A stretch of DNA of 15,808 nt, taken from positions 1 through 15,808 of the forward strand of contig CBDBHR010000015.1 in assembly GCA_965205865.1 (NCBI GenBank), given 5' to 3'. The DNA is from a bacterium. Lineage in GTDB: Bacteria; SAR324; NAC60-12. Numbering within the stretch: the stretch's first letter is position 1; each line of letters starts with the position of its first letter. Shown piece by piece: positions 9,161 through 15,808 of the stretch. The notes below the pieces were generated by a model. It was not told the origin of the DNA. It ran no database searches and saw only the letters and a program-made list of their open reading frames with translations. A program made the position numbers and the translations under genes.

Positions 9161-9192
9161 TTGCTAATACTGGCTAAATCCCGTATAGTATT
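9161..9192 (+). promoter_or_regulatory. hicAB sigma70 promoter TTGCTA-17-TATAGT with an overlapping inverted repeat AATACT/AGTATT
   Basis: -35 at 9161-9166, -10 at 9184-9189. Half-sites at 9166-9171 and 9187-9192. GGAGG SD at 9201-9205. Confidence 0.6.
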
Positions 9193-9213
9193 TGTTGCAC
9201 GGAGGCTTAAAGT

Positions 9214-9453
9214 ATGAGTAAAAAGAAAAAAAGAGATCGAAAAATTCGGAATAATCCGAGTGGGATTGCTTTTGAAGAAGCGTTACAGTGGTTATACGAG
9301 AATGATTTTAAATTAGAGAGAGTTTCAGGAAGCCATCACATCCTACGACATTCGGAAACGAGAGCAAAAGTGAATTTTCAACCAGATAAGAACGATAAAG
9401 CAAAGTCGTACCAAATCAAACAAGCTATCAAAGCTATCGATGATATCAATTAA
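9214..9453 (+). CDS. hicA: HicA-family toxin (mRNA interferase)
   Basis: 79-aa basic protein with GSHH motif and AKSYQIKQ C-terminus; upstream of HicB. Confidence 0.88.
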   Translation: MSKKKKRDRKIRNNPSGIAFEEALQWLYENDFKLERVSGSHHILRHSETRAKVNFQPDKNDKAKSYQIKQAIKAIDDIN

Positions 9454-9468
9454 CTTATCGAGTATAAA

Positions 9469-9681
9469 ATGGAAGAAAAGTATACGATTACCATATTTTG
9501 GAGCAACGAAGACGAAGCTTATATAGCAGTTGTCGAAGAATTAGAAGGGTGCTCTGCCTTTGGCGAAACAAGAGAAGAAGCATTACTTGAAATTAAAATA
9601 GCTATGAAATTATGGCTAGAGGTAGCTAGAAAGCATGGTGATGAAATTCCCCTTCCTCAACAAACAAAAATTCCTGCATAA
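9469..9681 (+). CDS. hicB: HicB-family antitoxin (short form)
   Basis: YTITIFWSNEDEAYIAVVEELEGCSAFGETREEAL...G.EIPLP, the HicB partial RNase H fold pattern. Confidence 0.9.
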   Translation: MEEKYTITIFWSNEDEAYIAVVEELEGCSAFGETREEALLEIKIAMKLWLEVARKHGDEIPLPQQTKIPA

Positions 9682-9686
9682 ATATC

Positions 9687-9746
9687 TGCGAACAAAACGC
9701 TCCAGTTGACTGCCACCACGCCGCTTCGTCCTTCAATTTGTCATTG
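9687..9746 (+). other. Truncated attC (left half only) closing the hicAB cassette
   Basis: TGCGAAC at 9687-9693 is the exact reverse complement of the cassette-start core GTTCGCA (9126-9132). It is followed by 7 nt and an L''-like TCCAGTTG; no L'/R' appears before the REP-like motif. Confidence 0.7.
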
Positions 9747-9772
9747 AAATCCGGGGACAGATACTAATTTTT
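9747..9772 (-). repeat. REP-like motif at the 3' end of the Y1 transposase fragment
   Basis: Minus strand aaaaattagtatctgtccccggattt resembles aaattaggtaactgtcccccgtattt at 6168-6193. Confidence 0.6.
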
Positions 9773-9875
9773 ATCTTTCTTTTTCTCCATGCGCGTTGAG
9801 CAGAGAGAGATACTCTCTGCGATCCTCGTCACTTGAAAAGATTTTTATGGAGCGAACCCCTCCTTGGGTGATGAC
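9771..9875 (-). pseudogene. N-terminal fragment of a REP-associated/IS200-like Y1 (HUH) transposase
   Basis: Minus-strand frame, absent from the ORF track, reads VITQGGVRSIKIFSSDEDRREYLSLLNAHGEKER*. This resembles the RAYT N-terminal 'HITQRGxxxxxIFxxDEDRxxYLxLL' pattern. Confidence 0.65.
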
Positions 9876-9930
9876 CAGCTTCTCTAGAACGGGACTGGTG
9901 AAGGCCCATGGCGCGTAGCCACCTTTCATT

Positions 9931-10147
9931 CAATTAGCCACGGTCATCTGGCCTTTGTTTGAAAAACTATTTGAAGAAGGCAGTGGTTTGCGGAATCTTG
10001 AGGAGGTACTCTACTATTTATTCAAAGCCAGTTCCCACCTCAAAGAAGAGGAAGTGGTTCAGCAAGTGAAAAACCTGCTCAGCTATGAAGAGGCTCACGA
10101 GGTTCTTATGACAGTCGCCGAACAATTAGAACAAAAAGGACTCCAAA
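9931..10147 (+). pseudogene. C-terminal fragment of an Rpn/YhgA-like protein, copy 2
   Basis: Same as 563-779 (MTVAEQLEQKGLQ), with a Y/N substitution. Confidence 0.7.
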
Positions 10148-10268
10148 TCAGTTGCAAACGGTTTCCACGGCAAGGCCAGTTTTCCCCACCTTGCGTTTCC
10201 CTCTTGCTTTTCCTATATTGAGGCTGTTCTTGGGCGTTCTTGGCTGAAACTCAAAACCGAGTCCAACG

Positions 10269-10874
10269 ATGAACCGGAAAACATTGCGGGAACTGCTGGA
10301 GGGGTCCGTTCAAGGGAAGGAAGACGCTTTTGAGGAGTTGTACCAACACTACAGGGCATATATCGTCCACACTGCCCAATCGCTGATTGGCAAGTATCGG
10401 AGCCTCCATCAGGCCGATGAGGTGGTTCAGGAAATCTGGAAGGATTTGTGGGAGAGCAAGCTGGAGAAATTCCAAGGCGAGGCCGATAAAGCCTTCCTGG
10501 GTTGGCTGTACAGAGTCGTTCAGAATCATCTGCTGGACCAAATCAGACGTGACAAACGGCGGCCGGAAGTCGCTGCCCCGGAAGAGGTGGATGAGCTGCG
10601 CTCTATGCAGGCCTGGTGGCAGGCCCAGTCGGCGGAATTGCAGGAAGAGAAGATTGACCGGGTAGGAGGGGCCCTGAGACAACTGGAAGACGAGCATCCC
10701 CAGCCTGCTCGGCTGCTGCGCCGCTGCTATTGGGACGGGCTGTCCCTTGAAGCCCTTGCCGCCGAGAAGTTGGAGCTTCCCATAGAGGAACTGAGCCAAA
10801 CGGAAAAGAACCGGATCGCCCAACAGTTGCACCGCGCCAGAGAACGATTTCGGGGAATTTTTGAGAAAATTTGA
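10269..10874 (+). CDS. ECF (group 4 sigma70) RNA polymerase sigma factor, intact
   Basis: 201 aa. sigma2 AFEELY..Y...ADEVVQEIW...F..WLYRVVQNHLLDQIRR; sigma4 AL.QL...GLSLEALA...QLHRARERFR. Confidence 0.9.
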   Translation: MNRKTLRELLEGSVQGKEDAFEELYQHYRAYIVHTAQSLIGKYRSLHQADEVVQEIWKDLWESKLEKFQGEADKAFLGWLYRVVQNHLLDQIRRDKRRPEVAAPEEVDELRSMQAWWQAQSAELQEEKIDRVGGALRQLEDEHPQPARLLRRCYWDGLSLEALAAEKLELPIEELSQTEKNRIAQQLHRARERFRGIFEKI

Positions 10875-11139
10875 TTTTTTTTGTCATATTCTGGCTCTTG
10901 GTACGTTATATAAATAGAAGGGCTCGGTTTCCAAACGCTCATTTTCCTCAAAAAAGACCCATTCTGATCCAAAAACTAGTCCGGATGACAGAGAGCGATT
11001 TCAGGAGATTTTTGAGAAAATTTGATTTTTTTTGTCAGATTCTGGCTCTTGGTACGTTATATAAATAGAAGGGCTCGGTTTCCAAACGCTCATTTTCCTC
11101 AAAAAAGACCCATTCTGGTCAAAAAAATAGTCCGGATGA
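10838..11139 (+). repeat. Tandem repeat, 2 x 151 bp (3' end of sigma gene + promoter + part of leader)
   Basis: Units 10838-10988 and 10989-11139. Promoter-like motifs at 10882-10908 (TGTCATA-15-CGTTA) and 11033-11059 (TGTCAGA-15-CGTTA). Confidence 0.95.
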
Positions 11140-11270
11140 AGATGCTCGCGAAGAAACTTTTCGCCCTCTGCAGAGAGTTCCCTGTGGCAGACGCCGTGCC
11201 CGCCACGAAACTCCGATTCGCTCCACAGCGGGTGAATCATTCTCAAAACCCTCAAATAAAAGAGGTTATT

Positions 11271-13091
11271 ATGAGTATTATAAAAAAACTTGTCGCCTCC
11301 TTCGTGGGGCTGAACCCGGCAGGCCCCAGGTCTGCCATGAAACTCCTCTCGGTGCTGCTGGCTTTCATTCTGGGCGCGACCCTCTGGGTCAGCCCGGCGG
11401 CTGCTGCTGAGAAGAAGTATGTGACGGATCCCACCACTGGAAAAGTAGTGACCGCACCTGAATATGGTGGGACACTGACCGTGGGCTTAGGAGCCGAGCC
11501 TACGGGTTCTGACGCCTGGTTCGGGCATCCATCGATGAAGTTGAACGAGCAAGTTGGCGAGATGCTAGGCAATCTTAACTGGGCAGTAGATAGGGACGAA
11601 TATGACCTTACGGCCTTTTACATACCTGACTCTGCCAGAACAGGGGGTCTGGTGGAAAGCTGGGATATTTCCCCGGACGGCCTCACCTTTACCTTCCACA
11701 TCCGCCAGGGCGTTCACTGGCATGATAAGGCACCGATGAACGGTCGGGAGCTAACTGCCAAGGATATCGAATATAACTGGCACCGTTATACGGGTCTGGG
11801 CAGCGGCTACACCGAATTTAGCCCCAATATTGCCCAGTGGGGAGGAATCGACGATCTGGGAATCGAATCGATAACGGCAACCGACAAATATACGGTTGTC
11901 TTTACCATAGAGGAGCCAAACCTGCAGGCGTTTCGTGAAATCTTCTGGGGGTACCCTTTGTACATGTTACCCCCCGAGGTAATCGAGCAACACGGCGACG
12001 TTACGGACTGGAGGAACCTGGTCGGCACCGGGCCCTTTGAGCTGACTGACTGGACCAAGGGCAGCTCTCTGACCCTTACTAAGAATCCTAACTACTGGGG
12101 CTATGACGAGAAATACCCGGAGAACCGCTTGCCCTATATTGATGAGTTAAGGGTGCTGATTATGCCCGAGGAGGGAACACGTCTAGCGGCGGTACGCACG
12201 GGTAAGGTTGATTACCTAGGTAGGATGTATTATACTCCAATAAAGAAAATCAGCATGCTAGAGAGCCTCCTGCGGACCAACCCCGAGATCCAAGTTTTTC
12301 CCTTTTACATTGAGCCGTATGGTATTGCTCAGGACGCGCAAAATCCGCCCTTTAACGACATCAGGGTACGCCACGCAATGCAGATGGCAGTGGACGTTGA
12401 GGCAATTAGCCGTACCTACTTGAAGGGTTGGGGAAAGACGACACCTGTGGGGTATATGTCGGACGCGATGGTCGGGTATGTCACCCCATTTGCAGACTGG
12501 CCGGAAGACATCAAGCAATACTACAGGTATGACCCGAAAGGGGCAGAAGCGTTGCTTGATGAGGCTGGCTATCCGCGCGGCGCCGACGGCATTAGATTCA
12601 AGACTGGCCTGGACTTCAGAAATATATATGATCAAGGCTATTATGAATTGGTCGTAGCATACTTTGGTGAGATTGGCGTTGAGGTCGATCTCAAGCCAAT
12701 GGATTCGGCGTCTTGGGGTGGTCGTCTACGAGAACATAAATATGAAGGTATGACCAGTGAAGCCATAGGGTTTGCGACGAGCATACTCGGGCACCTAGGA
12801 CAAAATATCTCGACCTCACCATGGAACCCCGCCGGTGTGCGGGAACCGGCTTATGACGCCATGTATGAAGCCGCCAAAGCCGCTACCACCCATGAGGAGC
12901 AGCAGAGGCTGGTTAGAGAGGCAAATATGTACCTAGTAGAGAACCACTGGCATCTATTTCTTGGTGGCGCGCCAAGATTTTCTGTGCTTCAGCCGTGGGT
13001 CATAGGCGGCAACGGTGAAAATATAGACACTGGGGTCGTCATTGCCCGCCTCTGGATTGACAGTGAGCTGAAGGCAGCAATGGGTTATTAG
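11271..13091 (+). CDS. ABC transporter family-5 SBP (Opp/Dpp-like), copy 2, intact
   Basis: Probable start ATG 11271 after AGAGG. Signal peptide ending SPAAAA; motifs PEYGGTL, LVGTGPF, FNDIRVRHAM, YDP.GAEALLDEAG. Confidence 0.93.
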   Translation: MSIIKKLVASFVGLNPAGPRSAMKLLSVLLAFILGATLWVSPAAAAEKKYVTDPTTGKVVTAPEYGGTLTVGLGAEPTGSDAWFGHPSMKLNEQVGEMLGNLNWAVDRDEYDLTAFYIPDSARTGGLVESWDISPDGLTFTFHIRQGVHWHDKAPMNGRELTAKDIEYNWHRYTGLGSGYTEFSPNIAQWGGIDDLGIESITATDKYTVVFTIEEPNLQAFREIFWGYPLYMLPPEVIEQHGDVTDWRNLVGTGPFELTDWTKGSSLTLTKNPNYWGYDEKYPENRLPYIDELRVLIMPEEGTRLAAVRTGKVDYLGRMYYTPIKKISMLESLLRTNPEIQVFPFYIEPYGIAQDAQNPPFNDIRVRHAMQMAVDVEAISRTYLKGWGKTTPVGYMSDAMVGYVTPFADWPEDIKQYYRYDPKGAEALLDEAGYPRGADGIRFKTGLDFRNIYDQGYYELVVAYFGEIGVEVDLKPMDSASWGGRLREHKYEGMTSEAIGFATSILGHLGQNISTSPWNPAGVREPAYDAMYEAAKAATTHEEQQRLVREANMYLVENHWHLFLGGAPRFSVLQPWVIGGNGENIDTGVVIARLWIDSELKAAMGY

Positions 13092-13125
13092 GGGTTGCAC
13101 CCATTGTGGCTGACCTTAGGGGAAA

Positions 13126-13161
13126 AAGGGAGCTGGGAGGCTTAAGCCTCCCAGCTCCCTT
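13126..13161 (+). terminator. Perfect 36-bp palindrome between SBP and permease (mRNA-stabilising or partially terminating stem-loop)
   Basis: aagggagctgggaggctt|aagcctcccagctccctt. No long U-tract on +; the A-tract upstream could serve minus-strand termination. Confidence 0.75.
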
Positions 13162-13219
13162 ACTCGTTGTCATCTGAAGGGCTCGCAATGACGGCAGAAA
13201 TCGCAATGAGGAGTGTCAC

Positions 13220-14224
13220 ATGAGAGCCTATATCATCAGGCGGTTATTGCTGATAATCCCCACCCTGTTTATATTGACCATCCTGGTCTTTCTCGCGGTC
13301 CGCTTCATCCCCGGCAATATAATAGACGCAATGGTGGCTAAAATGGGAGTCTATTCAACGGGGGAGTATGACCGTGAAGCTCTTGAGCATATGCTGGGAT
13401 TAGACGTGCCCGTCTACGTGCAGTATGGACGCTGGATAGGAGTGTTGCCGACCCCTGACTGGCGTACCGGTGAGTCGCACTTCACAGGTCTCCTCCAGGG
13501 CAGTCTTGGCCGCTCACTGGTTGGCGGCCGTTTGCCGGTAGAGGAGGAGATCATAGCTCGATTGCCGGTGACCATCGAGCTTGGCCTCCTGGCAATCGTG
13601 ATCGGGCTGGTGATCGCCCTGCCGGTGGGCATCTACTCGGCGATTCGCCAGGATACCGCCGCCGATTACGCGGGGCGCTCCGTGGCCATCATCGGCTTGG
13701 CTACGCCGAACTTCTGGCTGGGAACGATGGTGATGATCTACCCGGTAATCTGGTGGGGCTGGACGCCACCGCTGGAACTTGTTTCTTTCACAGAGGACCC
13801 GCTAGGGAATCTCTGGGGGTTCTTTATTCCTAGCCTGATCCTGGGAACGGCTTCAGCGGCCGCCACCATGCGCATGATGCGTACCATGATGCTCGAGGTG
13901 CTCCGGCAGGACTATATCCGCACCGCCTGGTCCAAGGGGCTCCGGGAGCGGGTCGTGATTATCCGGCACACCATCAAAAATGCCCTCATCCCGGTTATCA
14001 CCCTGATCGGCCTGCAGTTGCCGATCCTGGTGGGAGGCGCGGTGATCATGGAGAACATCTTCAACCTGCCGGGGCTCGGGCAACTGTTGGTGAATGCCCT
14101 CAATGACCGAGACTACCCGATGGTCTCCGGAGTCAACCTCTTTTTCGCCACCGGGGTGGTGCTGCTCAATCTCCTCATCGACCTGATTTATCCCTATCTG
14201 GACCCGAGGGTGCGGTATGAGTGA
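13220..14224 (+). CDS. ABC transporter permease, OppB/DppB family
   Basis: MRAYIIRRLL, LGLD.P...QY, RLPVTIEL, TPNFWLG, EVLRQDYIRTAWSKGL, IFNLPGLG, RDYP, LDPRVR. GAGGAG SD. Confidence 0.95.
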   Translation: MRAYIIRRLLLIIPTLFILTILVFLAVRFIPGNIIDAMVAKMGVYSTGEYDREALEHMLGLDVPVYVQYGRWIGVLPTPDWRTGESHFTGLLQGSLGRSLVGGRLPVEEEIIARLPVTIELGLLAIVIGLVIALPVGIYSAIRQDTAADYAGRSVAIIGLATPNFWLGTMVMIYPVIWWGWTPPLELVSFTEDPLGNLWGFFIPSLILGTASAAATMRMMRTMMLEVLRQDYIRTAWSKGLRERVVIIRHTIKNALIPVITLIGLQLPILVGGAVIMENIFNLPGLGQLLVNALNDRDYPMVSGVNLFFATGVVLLNLLIDLIYPYLDPRVRYE

Positions 14225-15170
14225 GAAATCCTCCCCCATCCGTGAGCCCAAGCGACGGGGCCGGTTTGTGGATTTCTTCAGCAGGCTTCTCAAGGAGAAG
14301 CCGCTGGGGACGTTCTGTGGGATGATCGTCTTGCTCTTTATGGTGGTGGCGCTCTTTGCCGATGTTTTGGCCCCTTATGGTTATATGGAAGTACACATGG
14401 AAGACATGCTGCAGGGCCCGTCAGCCCAGTATTTGCTGGGGACCGACCATATAGGGCGAGACCTCTTCAGCCGCCTGATCCACGGGGCTCGTCTTTCGTT
14501 AATTGTCGGTCTGGCAGCGACCACTCTTAATATTGTCGTCGCTGTCCTGATCGGCGGCATTTCTGGATTCCTTGGTGGTAAATTGGACCTGGCGGTGCAG
14601 CGCTTTGTCGACGCCTGGATGGCGTTCCCGGGACTGCTGCTGTTGTTAACCATCATGTCCATAGTCGGGCGGGGATTGCCGCAGATAATAGTGGTCCTGG
14701 GGATCACCGGAGGCATTGTCGGTTCAAGAACAGTCAGAGGCGCCGTGATCGGTATTAAAGAGAATGATTACTTTCTGGCAGCCAGGGCCGTGGGCATCCC
14801 CACGCGCCAAATCCTGATCCGCCATATCCTGCCCAATATCATGGCGCCCCTCATCATCATCTTCAGCATCAACATCGGCGGGGTCATCGTTGCCGAAGCT
14901 TCACTGAGCTTTCTCGGATTCGGACTGCCCCCCAAGGTTCCTAGCTGGGGGGCTATGCTCAGCCAGGAGGGACGTCAATACATGGAGAGTGCCCCATGGC
15001 TGGCGCTCTGGCCGGGGCTGTGCCTGACGCTGGTCGTTTTCAGTCTCAATATGTTCGGCGACGCCCTCAGGGACCTGCTCGACCCCAGGCTGAAGGGCGG
15101 TCAGGGAAGCTATGGTGCCAGGAAACGCAAACGAAGCCTCCTGGCCCGACTGATCAACCCTTTCTCTTAG
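14217..15170 (+). CDS. ABC transporter permease, OppC/DppC family
   Basis: LLGTDHIGRDLFSRLIHGARLSL, AARAVG...IL.RHILPNI, EASLSFLGFG, PSWG.ML, GDALRDLLDP. Overlaps the upstream stop codon. Confidence 0.95.
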   Translation: MSEKSSPIREPKRRGRFVDFFSRLLKEKPLGTFCGMIVLLFMVVALFADVLAPYGYMEVHMEDMLQGPSAQYLLGTDHIGRDLFSRLIHGARLSLIVGLAATTLNIVVAVLIGGISGFLGGKLDLAVQRFVDAWMAFPGLLLLLTIMSIVGRGLPQIIVVLGITGGIVGSRTVRGAVIGIKENDYFLAARAVGIPTRQILIRHILPNIMAPLIIIFSINIGGVIVAEASLSFLGFGLPPKVPSWGAMLSQEGRQYMESAPWLALWPGLCLTLVVFSLNMFGDALRDLLDPRLKGGQGSYGARKRKRSLLARLINPFS

Positions 15171-15264
15171 GAGGCTCTCCCTCATCTATGAGGCCGCCAA
15201 AGCCAATAACCAAGGATTAGCAAATGATTAAAACCCCCTGCAAAACCTTGTTAATCAAGGGATT

Positions 15265-15327
15265 GACGCGGGTTCGACCGTAACGACGGACCGTCGCAGC
15301 GGCGGACCGTTCCCGCCACCTCCACCA
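15265..15327 (+). other. tmRNA (ssrA)-like 3'-end fragment, probable island att site, with a 32-nt insertion
   Basis: gacgcgggttcgac + [15279-15310] + tcccgccacctccacca rebuilds a T-arm and acceptor 3' strand ending CCA. No 5' part of the RNA is visible upstream. Confidence 0.7.
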
Positions 15328-15360
15328 ATTTACTTTTATTATTTCAATAGCTTAAATATA

Positions 15361-15666
15361 TTCCTCATTCTTCAGCACGTTCCCACGCTCGGTTTTATCG
15401 CGGTCCGTTACTGGGGGCTTTATTCCAACGCTGCCCAAAAGGGAGATTACGTCAAATGGAGGGAATTCCTGGGACAAGAGGTGTGGGAAAGCAAGAAAGA
15501 ACCCCAGGATTGGCAGAGTGTTCCGGAGCGGTGTTTCCCTGACGATTCCACGCAGTCCTGGTTCTGTCCGGTTTGCGGCAAGCGATTGAACGCCAAAGCC
15601 TTGAAAGAACCCTCCTCCTTCTCTCACTGCAAAGATCCTCCCCTTGTGATATCCAAGGTGGCATAA
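15361..15666 (+). pseudogene. C-terminal remnant of an IS91-family (rolling-circle HUH) transposase
   Basis: The frame of ORF 15481-15666, extended upstream, reads LQHVPTLGFIAVRYWGLYSN...WFCPVCGKRL. This resembles the IS91-family 'LxHVxPxGFxxVRYYGxxxN...CPxCG' tail. Confidence 0.65.
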
Positions 15667-15808
15667 TGAGGGGAGAACGCGTTTCGAGGAAACGAGGGGG
15701 ATCACTGTTTACAAAAGGGAGCCAAAAAAGTAGTTGCCATGAATCCGCGGCTCTGTCCAACAAAAAAAGATGAAGCGGAATTTCCATCCTCGCCGTTTCA
15801 AAAATCCT

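Larger units (their letters stand above)
9929..11248 (+). repeat. Regulatory head, copy 2 (contains an extra 151-bp unit)
   Basis: Near-identical to 561-1730 apart from scattered substitutions and the internal duplication. Confidence 0.95.

Noticed and set aside
11022-11270. N-terminal extension of SBP2 in the ORF track, and ORFs 1503-1718 and 10871-11068
   Set aside because: These run through promoter and leader DNA. The frame relationship to the SBP is not conserved in copy 1, and a good RBS precedes ATG 11271.
15265-15327. Complete tRNA or tmRNA gene
   Set aside because: No 5' acceptor strand or RNA body is present; the permease ends only ~95 bp upstream.
15352-15787. Minus-strand ORFs 15352-15705 and 15452-15787
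   Set aside because: No motifs; the plus-strand IS91-like frame explains the region better.

Overview
The window holds two copies, 9368 bp apart, of one unit: Rpn/YhgA-like remnant, orphan ECF sigma factor, candidate ECF promoter directly after the sigma stop codon, family-5 (Opp/Dpp-type) solute-binding protein (SBP), stem-loop, then two permeases. Copy 1 (561-~6092) is decaying: the sigma gene has an amber stop, the SBP is frameshifted, a frameshifted SDR/epimerase sits where the 5' part of the first permease should be, and the permease remnants carry many small deletions. Copy 2 (9929-15170) is intact and has a 151-bp tandem duplication of the promoter region. The ~1.17-kb regulatory heads are nearly identical, while the SBPs and their N-termini have diverged. 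Between the copies lies an integron-cassette fragment with no integrase in the window. It contains a RelE/ParE-type TA pair, an attC site interrupted by a class IIC-attC group II intron (7060-9012, minus), and a hicAB cassette whose attC is truncated. REP-like CGGGGACAG motifs and a RAYT/Y1 transposase fragment bracket this segment. At the right end are a tmRNA-like 3' att fragment with a 32-nt insertion in its T-loop and an IS91-family transposase C-terminal remnant. All calls come from reading the sequence by eye; no searches were run.
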